From a bacterium (GTDB lineage: Bacteria; UBA8248), in assembly GCA_965204535.1 (NCBI GenBank), contig OZ241996.1, forward strand, positions 1,024,001-1,088,000: DNA of 64,000 bases, written 5' to 3'. The notes beneath the pieces were generated by a model, which worked only from the letters and a program-made list of their open reading frames with translations, made no database searches and had not been told where the DNA came from. Positions 46,077-56,114 of the stretch are shown here, piece by piece. Numbering within the stretch: the stretch's first letter is position 1; the number at the start of each line of letters is the position of its first letter. The translations under genes and the position numbers were made by a program.

Positions 46077-46786
46077 GAGAGGAATCGAGCCGAAAATCGG
46101 CCGGCATCGTCATTCCCATCGATGGGCCCGCCGGCTCCGGCAAGAGCACGGCGGCCAAGGGGGTCGCGGAGAGGCTGGGTTTCGACTATCTCGAGAGCGG
46201 CGCGCTCTACCGGGCGGTGGGTTACCGGGTTCTCAAGAAAAACCGGGCGGATGATTTCGAGAGCCGGGCGGTCGACTCCGCGCGTGATTTGCGCTTCGAG
46301 TGCCGCAAAGAAGGGAATGACTGGAAAAATATCCTCGATGGGGAAGATGTTACCGATGCGCTCCGGGATGAAGAAATCAGCGACATGGCGTCGCGGGTGT
46401 CGGCGATCCCCGGAGTGCGGGCGGCGCTGCTCGATTTTCAAAGGAATTTCGGACGAGAACGCGGGGCCGTCATCGACGGGCGCGACATCGGCACGGTCGT
46501 TTTCCCGGATGCCAGGCTGAAATTTTTTGTCGACGCGGACATCGAAGTGCGAATCCAGCGGCGTTTCGCCGAACTTGAGGCGAGGGAAGTATCCTTTCTC
46601 CCCGGGCTTCTTCGCGAGGACTTAATGCGCAGAGACGAGAGAGATCGCCACAGGGCCAGCGCGCCGCTGCGAAAGGCCGAGGACGCCGAGGAGATCGATA
46701 CGAGCGATATGAACGTTGACCAGGTGCTCGAAGTCATGCTAGAGAAAATCCGCTCGGTTTACGGGGAAGTTATTGAGGATGCTTGA
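46073..46786 (+). CDS. cmk: Cytidylate kinase
   Basis: IDGPAGSGKST, SGALYRA, DGRDIGTVVFPDA, RDERD. The TTG start overlaps the tyrA stop (TTGA). Confidence 0.96.
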   Translation: MREESSRKSAGIVIPIDGPAGSGKSTAAKGVAERLGFDYLESGALYRAVGYRVLKKNRADDFESRAVDSARDLRFECRKEGNDWKNILDGEDVTDALRDEEISDMASRVSAIPGVRAALLDFQRNFGRERGAVIDGRDIGTVVFPDARLKFFVDADIEVRIQRRFAELEAREVSFLPGLLREDLMRRDERDRHRASAPLRKAEDAEEIDTSDMNVDQVLEVMLEKIRSVYGEVIEDA

Positions 46787-46794
46787 GTTGCGAG

Positions 46795-46823
46795 TTGATT
46801 CTCTCCTTTCTCGGGTGTAGTAT
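46795..46823 (+). promoter_or_regulatory. Putative sigma70 promoter of rpsA
   Basis: TTGATT-17-TAGTAT. Confidence 0.5.
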
Positions 46824-46922
46824 ATTTATTTCCGCCAATTTCATGCCGATGACTGCGATAGCGACGGACGCTTGAGCGGTGGCGGCAATTTTCTTTTTCT
46901 CAGGACGAGGTAACGCAAACAG

Positions 46923-48809
46923 ATGAATGAAACTTCCTCTAACGAATCAGAGGCCCAGCCCGCCTTCTCAGCGAAGGTGGCCGAATTACTCCCGGACGAA
47001 GTGGATCCCGACAGCCTTTCTACCGAACAGATGGATGACCTCTACGCCTCCACGATGAAGGTGCAGGACGGCGAAATCATCGAAGGAACGGTTGTGGGGA
47101 TGGAAGGTGAATATGTGCTGGTGGACGTAGGTTATAAATCGGAAGGTTTGGTGCCCCGCTTTGAATTCCCGAGCCGCGGGCGGGATCTCCAGCCCGGCGA
47201 CAGGGTGGAGGTTTTCGTCGAAGAGCGTGAGGATGATGACGGCCTCATCGTGCTCTCGAAGGAGAAAGCCAACCGGATCAAGATATGGGACGAGATCAGC
47301 AAAGCCCATGATAATGACGAGATTATCCAGGGCGAAGTCGTCGCCCGCATCAAGGGCGGGCTTACGGTCGATATCGGCCTGAAAGCCTTTTTGCCGGGTT
47401 CCCAGGTCGATCTGAGACCGGTGAGGAACCTCGATCAGTTTATCGGCAAATCCTTCGACATGAAGATCATCAAGCTCAACAGAAAGCGCGGTAACATCGT
47501 TCTCTCCAGGCGCGTGCTGCTGGAGGATGAAAGAGCGGAACTCAAGCGTGAGACGCTCGCGAATCTCACGGAAGGCATGGAGAAGGTCGGCGTCGTCAAG
47601 AACATCACCGATTACGGCGCTTTCATCGACCTGGGCGGAATCGACGGTCTGCTCCACATCACGGATATGTCCTGGGGGCGGGTGAGCCACCCGAGCGAGC
47701 TTCTCTCCATCGGGGACAGCGTCAAAGTCATCGTGCTCAAATACGACAAGGAGCGCGAGCGCGTCTCCCTGGGCCACAAGCAGATCACGCCGGACCCTTG
47801 GGAGAACGTGGAAATCAAGTATCCCATGACCGGCAAGGTTCGCGGACGGGTGGTCTCCATCACCGATTACGGCGCTTTCGTCGAGCTCGAACAGGGCGTC
47901 GAGGGCCTGGTGCACGTCTCGGAGATGTCGTGGACGAGGCGCGTTCGCCATCCCTCGAAATTCGTCGCGGTGGGCGATGTCGTGGAAGCCGTCGTTTTGA
48001 ACCTGGACAAGGAAGGCCGCAGAATCTCTCTGGGCATGAAGCAGGTCGAGGCCAACCCGTGGACCACGGTGGAGGAGAAATACCCCGTGGGGATGCGCGT
48101 GACGGGCAGCATCCGGAATTTGACGGAATTCGGCGCATTCGTCGCCCTGGACGAGGGCATCGACGGCCTCATCCATATTTCGGACATTTCCTGGACACAG
48201 CGCTTCAAGCATCCCTCTGAGATCCTGCGCAAGGGCCAGGAGATCGAGGCGGTCGTTCTGAGCGTGGACGTCGAGAAGGAGCGCCTTTCTCTCGGGATGA
48301 AGCAAATCACCCCGGATCCTTGGGACGACATTAACGACCGTTATGCGGTAGATGACGATATCGAGGCGAAAATCACGAAAATCACGAACTTCGGCGTATT
48401 TGCCGCACCCGAGGAAGAGCTGGAGGGGCTGGTGCACATCTCCGAACTCGACTCGGACAAGGTGAAAGAACCGCAGGACGTGGTGCGCGTGGGCGACGTG
48501 TTCAAAATGCGCGTCATCAAAATCGATCGGGAGCAGAGAAGGCTGGGCTTGAGCATCCGCGCCTATGTGGAGTCCACCGGCGAGGACCCGGTTGTAAGCC
48601 GGGCGCCCCAGCCTGTGGGGCCGACTGAAGAGGAAAGCGCGACCTCCGTCGAAGAAGCAGAGGAAGTGGAAGCAGGAGAAGTAGGGGAAGTGAAGGAAGT
48701 GGAGATAGAGGACGAGCCCGAAGTGGAAGCCGTTGCGGAGTCTGCGCAGGAAACGGAAGTCGTCTCGGAGGTTGCAGGCGAAGCGGACGAGGCAGAGAAA
48801 GCGGAATAA
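46923..48809 (+). CDS. rpsA: 30S ribosomal protein S1
   Basis: Six S1 repeats (VDVGYKSEG, FLPGSQVD, DYGAFIDLGG, GLVHVSEMSW...) and an acidic tail. Confidence 0.98.
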   Translation: MNETSSNESEAQPAFSAKVAELLPDEVDPDSLSTEQMDDLYASTMKVQDGEIIEGTVVGMEGEYVLVDVGYKSEGLVPRFEFPSRGRDLQPGDRVEVFVEEREDDDGLIVLSKEKANRIKIWDEISKAHDNDEIIQGEVVARIKGGLTVDIGLKAFLPGSQVDLRPVRNLDQFIGKSFDMKIIKLNRKRGNIVLSRRVLLEDERAELKRETLANLTEGMEKVGVVKNITDYGAFIDLGGIDGLLHITDMSWGRVSHPSELLSIGDSVKVIVLKYDKERERVSLGHKQITPDPWENVEIKYPMTGKVRGRVVSITDYGAFVELEQGVEGLVHVSEMSWTRRVRHPSKFVAVGDVVEAVVLNLDKEGRRISLGMKQVEANPWTTVEEKYPVGMRVTGSIRNLTEFGAFVALDEGIDGLIHISDISWTQRFKHPSEILRKGQEIEAVVLSVDVEKERLSLGMKQITPDPWDDINDRYAVDDDIEAKITKITNFGVFAAPEEELEGLVHISELDSDKVKEPQDVVRVGDVFKMRVIKIDREQRRLGLSIRAYVESTGEDPVVSRAPQPVGPTEEESATSVEEAEEVEAGEVGEVKEVEIEDEPEVEAVAESAQETEVVSEVAGEADEAEKAE

Positions 48810-49058
48810 CCGAGCGGGTGGCGTGAAGCCATCCGATGAATTTTTGGAATATGGGATCGCGAGACGCCTCGCCGCCTGAGGGGGTTGTCATCGTTTTGGC
48901 GCATGTGGCCGACACCGGTTGTGCGATGCAACACGGACGGATGACCTCGTTTGATTCGGTGACTGCGCCGGGCGGAAAGTGGAATCCAAAGGATTGGAGC
49001 GTGGGTTTCCCGAAACGCGGACGTATCCATCGCGCTCACTGGGAGGATGATAATTCTC

Positions 49059-49433
49059 ATGACCAAGGCCGAGTTGGTGGAGCAGATAGCTGAGAAAATC
49101 AATCTCACGAAAAAAGACACCGAGCGCATTGTGAACATTGTTTTCGGGAGCATCATGGGCGCCCTGGCGGATGGTGACAAGGTGGAGTTGCGTGGATTCG
49201 GTAGTTTCCGTGTGCGATCGAGAAACAGCCGCGACGGCCGAAACCCGAGAACGGGTGAGGCGGTGGCGATTCCGCCCAAGAATGTGCCGTTCTTCAAGGC
49301 AGGGAAAGAATTGAGACAGATGGTCGATCACTTCGGACCCGCTTCTTTCGATGATGATGGAGGAGCGCCCGAGTCTTCGGGTAGCGGCGCTTCGGCGCCG
49401 GGTGAATCCGAGGAAGGCGATTCTCTCTTTTGA
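49059..49433 (+). CDS. ihfB: Integration host factor beta / HU-family protein
   Basis: MTKAEL, VELRGFGSF, GRNPRTG, PFFKAGKELR. Follows rpsA. Confidence 0.9.
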   Translation: MTKAELVEQIAEKINLTKKDTERIVNIVFGSIMGALADGDKVELRGFGSFRVRSRNSRDGRNPRTGEAVAIPPKNVPFFKAGKELRQMVDHFGPASFDDDGGAPESSGSGASAPGESEEGDSLF

Positions 49434-49494
49434 TAGCGTGGTTTTCAGGTAACACTTCCAACCGGAACAATCCCGCCCAACCGGAATTTTTCTC

Positions 49495-50022
49495 ATGAAT
49501 GAAAAGCGCGTCGGTCGTGGATGCGTTGTCCTTCGGCAGGGGGACATTACCGAATCCGATGTAGACGCCGTAGTCAATGCAGCCAACAACCATCTCTGGA
49601 TGGGCGCGGGCGTGGCCGGCGCCATCAAGCGAAAGGGCGGGCAGGCGATAGAGGATGAAGCCGTGTCCAAAGGGCCGATTCGGGTCGGGGATGCAGTCAT
49701 CACGGACGGCGGCAAGCTCCCCGCCCGGCACGTGATTCATGCGGCGGGCATGGGGACGGACCTTAGGACATCGTCCGAACTCGTGGAAGCCTGCACCCGG
49801 GCGAGCCTCGAGGTGGCCGAGGAGAATTCGCTGGGCAGCATTGCCTTTCCTGCCATCGGCACCGGCGTCGGGGGCCTGGATGTGAATACGGTCGCCTCCG
49901 GTATGCTCAAGGTCTGCTCGGCGCATCTGCAGGCTTCGGCGAGTACGCTTACCCGCATCGAGTTCGTCCTGTTCTCGGATGCCGACCTGGCGGCGTTTCA
50001 GGATGCGCTCGAAGCGCTTTGA
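49495..50022 (+). CDS. Macro domain protein (O-acetyl-ADP-ribose deacetylase-like)
   Basis: GDIT...DAVVNAAN..L.MGAGVAGAI, VIHAA, SIAFPAIGTG.GG. Confidence 0.93.
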   Translation: MNEKRVGRGCVVLRQGDITESDVDAVVNAANNHLWMGAGVAGAIKRKGGQAIEDEAVSKGPIRVGDAVITDGGKLPARHVIHAAGMGTDLRTSSELVEACTRASLEVAEENSLGSIAFPAIGTGVGGLDVNTVASGMLKVCSAHLQASASTLTRIEFVLFSDADLAAFQDALEAL

Positions 50023-50061
50023 TTTTCAAGCGATACGACCCCTGTGCCGTTCTCACGTCCG

Positions 50062-50093
50062 GCCTGGAAATGAGATGCTTCCAGGGCTTTTTT
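50062..50093 (+). terminator. Probable intrinsic terminator
   Basis: CCTGGAA-N9-TTCCAGG hairpin followed by a T-run. Confidence 0.5.
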
Positions 50094-50137
50094 ATCTCTT
50101 GAAGAAGCCACTCCCTTCCGCCTGAAGCTCCAGACCC

Positions 50138-51127
50138 ATGAATCGCAAGCCACCAGGAAATCCACACCCCATTATCCTCGTCGTGGGAACGACATGTTCG
50201 GGCAAAACGGCTTTTGGCGTGGCGCTGGCCAGGCGCTTCCGGGAGGAGGGAGTGTCCCTGGAAATAGTGGGCGCCGACGCCAGGCAGATTTACCGCGGCA
50301 TCGGCGTGGGCACCGCCAAGCCTGGGGAGGATGAACGCGGCGGCGTGCCGCATCATATGTTGGATGTCGCGGAACCGGGGGAGACTTATAGCGCGGCGCG
50401 CTATGCGGATGAGGCGCTCCTTTGCATCGAGGAAATTTATCGCGCAGGCGCATACCCGCTCGTAGTGGGGGGGAGCGGTTTGTATATCCGCGCATTGGTG
50501 GAGGGATTTTTCGACGGGCCGGAAGCACAGCCGGAAATCAGGAAACGATTGGAGATCGAGGCTTCCAGGCGGGGCCATGTGGCCATGCACGAGCGCCTCG
50601 CCGCCGTCGACCCCGAAACGGCCGCGAAACTTCATCCTAACGACTTGCGAAGGGTGGTTCGCGCCCTGGAAGTGTATGAGGCGACGGGGCGGCCGGTTTC
50701 ACGTTTGCGCGCCGTGCAAAAAGCGCCCAGATTCACATGTCCGTTGTATATTGGTCTCAGGTATCCGCCTTCTGTCCTCGCCGAGCGGATCGAACGCAGG
50801 GTGCGGCGGATGCTCTCGGACGGAATGCTGGATGAAGTAGCGATGCTGGCCGAGAAGAATCTCACCGACGCCCGGGTGTTCGAGGGTCTTGGATTCCAGG
50901 AAGCCCTCGCGTTGCGCGGGGGACAGATGGTCGAGGATGAGGCGGTTCGGGAAATATCCAGGCTGCACCGCAACTACGCGAAACGTCAGCGCACCTGGTT
51001 CCGCAAGATCGAGGGCGTGAACTGGTATGAACCCGGGGAAGAGAATTTCGAAGTTATATTGGAGAAGGCCCATGATAAGGTATCCCGGTATCTGGGGCTG
51101 GAGTCTCGTATGGAGGGTTCCTCTTGA
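50138..51127 (+). CDS. miaA: tRNA dimethylallyltransferase
   Basis: G.T.SGKT, GTAKP, VPHH, VGGSGLY, HPND.RRV.RALEV, YAKRQRTWF. Confidence 0.96.
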   Translation: MNRKPPGNPHPIILVVGTTCSGKTAFGVALARRFREEGVSLEIVGADARQIYRGIGVGTAKPGEDERGGVPHHMLDVAEPGETYSAARYADEALLCIEEIYRAGAYPLVVGGSGLYIRALVEGFFDGPEAQPEIRKRLEIEASRRGHVAMHERLAAVDPETAAKLHPNDLRRVVRALEVYEATGRPVSRLRAVQKAPRFTCPLYIGLRYPPSVLAERIERRVRRMLSDGMLDEVAMLAEKNLTDARVFEGLGFQEALALRGGQMVEDEAVREISRLHRNYAKRQRTWFRKIEGVNWYEPGEENFEVILEKAHDKVSRYLGLESRMEGSS

Positions 51128-51663
51128 GCGTCGTGCTCATCGGTTTCAAGGGATGCGGAAAATCGACCATCGGACCTTTGCTCGCCGAAGAAATGGGGTT
51201 TTCCTTTCACGATCTCGACCATTTGATCGAACAAAGACATTTCGAGGAAACAGGAGAGCGGCTGGGGTTTCGCGAGGTTTTCAAGGCGAGGGGCGAAGAA
51301 TCCTTCCGCACAATAGAGAATCACTTGCTGCGCGAGCAATTGGGTCGGAAAGACCTCGTTCTTGCGCTCGGCGGCGGAACGCCGATGGCGCCGGACGTCG
51401 ATTCTCTGCTTGCTCCCCATTGCGTGGTTTATCTCCAGGTGCCGGAGAATGAAATCATCGAGAGAGTGCGCGCCGGTGGCTGGCCCGCCTATATCGAGAA
51501 CGAAACGGATCCGGAAGAAGCGTTGCGTCTGCTTTTCAAAAAGCGCGTTCCGCGTTATGAAGAACTCGCGAAATTGATCGTGGAAAACACGCGCGCGACC
51601 GAGGTGGTCGTCGCGGCGGCTCTGCCTGAAATTCGCGCTGTGTTGTCGAAGACTGAAACGTAG
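51124..51663 (+). CDS. aroK: Shikimate kinase
   Basis: [25 protein letters not shown]. Confidence 0.92.
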   Translation: MSVVLIGFKGCGKSTIGPLLAEEMGFSFHDLDHLIEQRHFEETGERLGFREVFKARGEESFRTIENHLLREQLGRKDLVLALGGGTPMAPDVDSLLAPHCVVYLQVPENEIIERVRAGGWPAYIENETDPEEALRLLFKKRVPRYEELAKLIVENTRATEVVVAAALPEIRAVLSKTET

Positions 51664-51674
51664 AGAGGGAAATC

Positions 51675-52748
51675 GTGTCGAACACGTTTGGACGTTTGTT
51701 TCGCTTTACAACCTGGGGGGAGTCGCACGGCCCCGCCCTGGGCGTCGTGGTGGACGGCTGTCCGGCGGGCCTGCCGCTCGATGAGTCCGACCTCCAGCGC
51801 GATTTGGACCGCAGACGGCCGGGTCAGAGCCGGGTGACGACCCAGCGAAAAGAAGAGGACCGGGCGGAGATTTTATCCGGCGTCTTCGAAGGCCGGACGA
51901 CCGGGCATCCCGTCTCGATACTCATACGGAACAAAGACGCCGATTCGAGCAAATATGAACCCTTGCGCAACCTGTTTCGCCCGGGACACGCGGATTTCAC
52001 CTATATACAGAAATGGGGGATTCGCGACCACCGGGGCGGGGGGCGCTCCAGCGCGCGGGAGACAGCCGCGCGTGTCGCGGCGGGAGCGATAGCCAAAAAA
52101 CTCCTCTCCCGTCTCGGCGTATCGATTCTGGGCTATGTCGATCAGGTGGGGGAGGTTCGCTGGGATGGTGCGCGCTTCGATGCGGACGAGATAGAGCGAA
52201 ACATCGTTCGCTGCCCGGACGCGGAAACGGCGTCCCGGATGGAGGCGGCCATTCTTGAGGCCCGAAAGGCGGGCGATTCGGTGGGAGGCACCATCACGGT
52301 TCAGGCCGATGGCGTTCCAGCGGGCTGGGGAGAGCCGCTTTACGGGCGTCTCGACTCCGATCTCGCGGCGGCGATGATGAGCATCAACGCGGTGAAGGGG
52401 GTGGAAATCGGCTCCGGTTTCCGGGCCGCCGGCATGCGGGGTTCGGAAAACAACGATCCGTTTGAGGTGAAAAACGGCGAGCCGAGGGTGAGGACGAACA
52501 ATGCGGGCGGCATTTTGGGCGGCATATCCACGGGCGCGCCGGTTGTGGTTCGCTTCGCGGTGAAGCCGACTTCCTCCATTTTGATCGAGCAGGACACAGT
52601 AACGACGTCGGGAGAGAAAACGACCGTAAAGGTAGAGGGGCGGCACGACCCCTGTGTGGCGACACGAGCGGTGCCCATCGGCGAGGCGATGATGGCGCTC
52701 GTTCTGGCGGATCATTGGCGTCTCGGTCTGGGAAGCCGCATCGAATAA
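51675..52748 (+). CDS. aroC: Chorismate synthase
   Basis: [44 protein letters not shown]. Confidence 0.98.
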   Translation: MSNTFGRLFRFTTWGESHGPALGVVVDGCPAGLPLDESDLQRDLDRRRPGQSRVTTQRKEEDRAEILSGVFEGRTTGHPVSILIRNKDADSSKYEPLRNLFRPGHADFTYIQKWGIRDHRGGGRSSARETAARVAAGAIAKKLLSRLGVSILGYVDQVGEVRWDGARFDADEIERNIVRCPDAETASRMEAAILEARKAGDSVGGTITVQADGVPAGWGEPLYGRLDSDLAAAMMSINAVKGVEIGSGFRAAGMRGSENNDPFEVKNGEPRVRTNNAGGILGGISTGAPVVVRFAVKPTSSILIEQDTVTTSGEKTTVKVEGRHDPCVATRAVPIGEAMMALVLADHWRLGLGSRIE

Positions 52749-52900
52749 CGTGATTGAGCGCTTTGGGAAGCACCATCATGGATTTTGACGGTATTCGGTC
52801 TCTAGAACGTTATGAAGCACGCTGCGAACCTTTATTTTTTAAGGTGAAGTATATCGAGTGAAGTCATTGAAATTACTTCCGTTTCTTCACGGAGATCGTC

Positions 52901-53698
52901 ATGAAAATCGGGGTCGTCGGTCTGGGCGTCATAGGCAAGGCCGTGGTGAAGGCGGTGGATGAGGGGAAAATACCCGTCGATATACCCGTCGCTACGACTC
53001 GTTCACCGGAGAAGGTGAAAGATTTTCTGGCGAGTCTGAAGAATCCACCGCACATGACGGACTTGGCGGGCGTGGCGAAAGAAGCGGATGTCGTGATGGA
53101 AGCATCGGGCGGAGACACCGTAGAGGCGATTTGCCATGAGAGTTTCGCGCGAGGAAAAGACGTAATCATCAACTCCGTGGGCGCGCTTCTTGATCGGGAT
53201 GATTTGATTGAAGAGGCGGAGAGGGGAGGTTCCCGCATTTTCATTCCCTCGGGCGCCATTATTGGATTGGACGGTCTCAAAGGGGCTTCCGCGGGCGGTA
53301 TGGAATCCGTCACCATGACGACCAGAAAACCGCCCGAGAGCCTGAAAGGAGCCCCTTATGTCGAAGAGAAGGGGATTGATCTCGACGCCATCGATGAGCC
53401 GACTGTGATTTTCGAGGGAAACCCCCTGGAAGCGTGCAAGGCGTTTCCGGCCAACGTGAACGTGTCCGCCGCCGTGAGCTTCGCGGGCATCGGGCCGCTC
53501 AGGACGAAGTTGCGGGTTGTTTGCGATCCTACGGTCAATCGAAACATCCACGAAGTAGAAGCGGTAGGGGAATTCGGGCGTTCTTTCATTCGGATTGAGA
53601 ACGTGCCGTCCGAGAATCATCGAACGGGTATATTGACGTATCTCTCGACTTTTTCCTTCCTTAGAGATCGAACATCCACATTGATTGTCGGCACCTAG
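52901..53698 (+). CDS. nadX: L-aspartate dehydrogenase family protein
   Basis: G.G.IG, SVGAL, PSGAIIGLD, TTRKPP, FPANVNV.A, N.HE. Confidence 0.88.
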   Translation: MKIGVVGLGVIGKAVVKAVDEGKIPVDIPVATTRSPEKVKDFLASLKNPPHMTDLAGVAKEADVVMEASGGDTVEAICHESFARGKDVIINSVGALLDRDDLIEEAERGGSRIFIPSGAIIGLDGLKGASAGGMESVTMTTRKPPESLKGAPYVEEKGIDLDAIDEPTVIFEGNPLEACKAFPANVNVSAAVSFAGIGPLRTKLRVVCDPTVNRNIHEVEAVGEFGRSFIRIENVPSENHRTGILTYLSTFSFLRDRTSTLIVGT

Positions 53699-53735
53699 CA
53701 GGTTGACGCGCGGTGCCGGAGTGGAGGGTGGTTTA

Positions 53736-54719
53736 TTGAACCGGAACACCGTTTTTTTCGTACCGGAGCCACGCGCGCCCATCGAGTCGCTGCGAAACAT
53801 GCTGGAGCCACATGGCGAGTTTCGCGACGGTGGCCACCGGAAGTGGTCCGAAGACGAGTTGGTGCGCGATGCCCATGAATGGGACGCCCTGCTGGTGACT
53901 TCGAGAGAGCAAATCACCGAACGGGTCATTAAAGCTGGTAAGCGTCTGAAACTCATCGCCAAAATAGGCGTAGGAGTGGAGAACATTGATATCCCTGCTG
54001 CCACGAGGCGAAAAATTCCGGTCACGAACTGCCCGGGCGCCAACGCCGTCGCCGTCGCGGAAGCGTCCCTGGGCTTGATGCTGGCCGCGAGCCGCCGCAT
54101 TCCTCAGGGAATGGAGAAGTTGCGGGGTGGGGGTTGGCGGGAGGGTATCTGGATCGCGAACGAGATGAGCCGAGCGACGTTCGGCATCGTCGGCTTCGGG
54201 AACATCGGGCGTGAACTGACCCGTCTTCTGTCCGGTTTTGAGGGCCGCGTCCTGGCGTATGACGCGTTCGTGCGCGATGAGGCGGTACGCGAGGCGGGCG
54301 TGGAGCCGGTGGATTTGGATACGCTGACGAGCGAGTCTGACTTCATATCGATTCATTGCAGTTTGACGCCCGAGACGCGGTATATGTTCGATGCCCGGAG
54401 GTTTCGGATGATGAAAAAATCCGCGGTGCTGGTGAACTGCGCGCGTGGCGCGATTATCGATGAGGCGGCGTTGGTTCACGCGCTCGGGGAAGGGGAAATC
54501 TCCTCGGCCGGCATCGATGTTTTCGAGGAGGAACCCCCGGACCCGGACAATCCGCTTTTCAGTCTTCCAAACGCCGTTGTGACGCCGCACTTCGCCGGCG
54601 CGAGCCACGAGGCGCGCGAGCGCGTGAACCGATTGGCCGGCGAGAATGTGTTGGCTGTATTGAGGGGAGAGCAGGTGAATCCCGCGACCCTGCTGAACCC
54701 CGAGGTGTACGGAGACTGA
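53736..54719 (+). CDS. D-isomer-specific 2-hydroxyacid dehydrogenase (SerA-like, no ACT)
   Basis: GVGVENID, NAVAVAE, GFGNIG, VNCARG, DVFEEEP, TPHFAG. Confidence 0.9.
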   Translation: MNRNTVFFVPEPRAPIESLRNMLEPHGEFRDGGHRKWSEDELVRDAHEWDALLVTSREQITERVIKAGKRLKLIAKIGVGVENIDIPAATRRKIPVTNCPGANAVAVAEASLGLMLAASRRIPQGMEKLRGGGWREGIWIANEMSRATFGIVGFGNIGRELTRLLSGFEGRVLAYDAFVRDEAVREAGVEPVDLDTLTSESDFISIHCSLTPETRYMFDARRFRMMKKSAVLVNCARGAIIDEAALVHALGEGEISSAGIDVFEEEPPDPDNPLFSLPNAVVTPHFAGASHEARERVNRLAGENVLAVLRGEQVNPATLLNPEVYGD

Positions 54720-54847
54720 TTTTGACCGGGAATTGCGCGTGATTTATTTGCCTCGGAGGCTTGCGCCGATCCGTGCCGAATCACTATACTTGCGCGGTTG
54801 TTCGAAACTCCGGGTTCCACAATCCCACAGTGCTGGAGGATGTTTTT

Positions 54848-55762
54848 TTGGAAGGTGCTACAGATAAAATTTGGATGGACGGAAAATTCGTCCCTTGGGA
54901 TGAAGCCAAAATTCATGTCCTCACGCATACGCTGCACTACGGATTGGGGGTATTCGAGGGAATTCGCTGCTATCAGACAGAGCGAGGCTCCGCCGTTTTT
55001 CGCCTGGAAGAGCACATGCGGAGGCTCTATGACTCCGCGCGGATTGTCGGTCTCAATGTGCCCGTCACACAGGATGACTTCACCGAGGCGGTACTGGAGA
55101 CGATTCGCACCAACGAGATGAAGGCTTGCTATATACGCCCGCTTATCTGGCTTGGCTATGGATCCATGGGGGTGAACCCCAAAGGAGCGCTCACCCATGC
55201 GATGGTTGCGGTGTGGAGTTGGGGTGCCTATCTGGGTGAAGAGGGACTGGCGAAGGGCATTCGGGTCAAGGTCTCATCCTTCACGTCCCATCACCCGAAC
55301 AGCTACATGACGAAGGCGAAAACCACGGGCAACTACGCCGTGAGCCAGATGGCGAAACTGGAAGCCGTGGGTGCGGGCTACGATGAGGCGCTCATGCTGG
55401 ACCCGGAGGGTCTGGTGACGCAGGGTTCGGGCGAGAACATCTTCATCGTCCGAGACGGCGTGCTCAAGACGCCGCCTCTGCATGGCGTGTTGGGGGGCAT
55501 TACGCGCGACACCATCGTTCAACTCGCCGATGAGCAGGGTGTTGAATTACAGGTTGCTCCCTTTGCGCGAGATGAAGTCTATGTGGCGGATGAGGCCTTC
55601 TTCACGGGAACGGCGGCCGAGGTGACTCCCATCCGGGAGGTGGACGACAGGACCATCGGCACTGGAGAGCCCGGCCCGGTGACGCAGAGAATCCAATCCT
55701 CATTTTTCGAGATCGTGAACGGGCGCGACGAGAGCAAGCTCGATTGGCTGACCTTTATCTAA
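54848..55762 (+). CDS. ilvE: Branched-chain amino acid aminotransferase
   Basis: LHYG.GVFEGIR, YIRP, AK..GNY, GENIF, GITR, GTAAEVTPI. TTG start after GGAGG. Confidence 0.96.
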   Translation: MEGATDKIWMDGKFVPWDEAKIHVLTHTLHYGLGVFEGIRCYQTERGSAVFRLEEHMRRLYDSARIVGLNVPVTQDDFTEAVLETIRTNEMKACYIRPLIWLGYGSMGVNPKGALTHAMVAVWSWGAYLGEEGLAKGIRVKVSSFTSHHPNSYMTKAKTTGNYAVSQMAKLEAVGAGYDEALMLDPEGLVTQGSGENIFIVRDGVLKTPPLHGVLGGITRDTIVQLADEQGVELQVAPFARDEVYVADEAFFTGTAAEVTPIREVDDRTIGTGEPGPVTQRIQSSFFEIVNGRDESKLDWLTFI

Positions 55763-55781
55763 CGACGAGGAGAAACGAGAA

Positions 55782-56114
55782 GTGCCGATTTACGAGTATG
55801 AATGCAGCGCATGTGGAGATGAGCACGAAGTCATCCAGAGAATGGGAGCCGGTGCTCTCCGGAAATGCCCGAGTTGCGGCGCGCTCAGACTCAGACGCAA
55901 AATCTCCCGCTCCGCCTTCCACCTCAAAGGCGACGGCTGGTATGTGACGGATTACGCCTCGAACGGCAAAAAGCAAGAGACTGAGTCTCAAGGCACAGCT
56001 TCCGATTCGAAATCAGAGAACAAATCCACCGAGAAGAAAGAGACGGCGGCCACGAACGGCACGGCTTCGAAGCAGACCAGCAAGAAAAAACCCGACCCCG
56101 TAGCTGCCGGTTAG
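55782..56114 (+). CDS. FmdB-family zinc-ribbon protein
   Basis: PIYEYEC..CG...CPSCG...F.LKG.GWY.TDY with a low-complexity tail. Confidence 0.92.
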   Translation: MPIYEYECSACGDEHEVIQRMGAGALRKCPSCGALRLRRKISRSAFHLKGDGWYVTDYASNGKKQETESQGTASDSKSENKSTEKKETAATNGTASKQTSKKKPDPVAAG

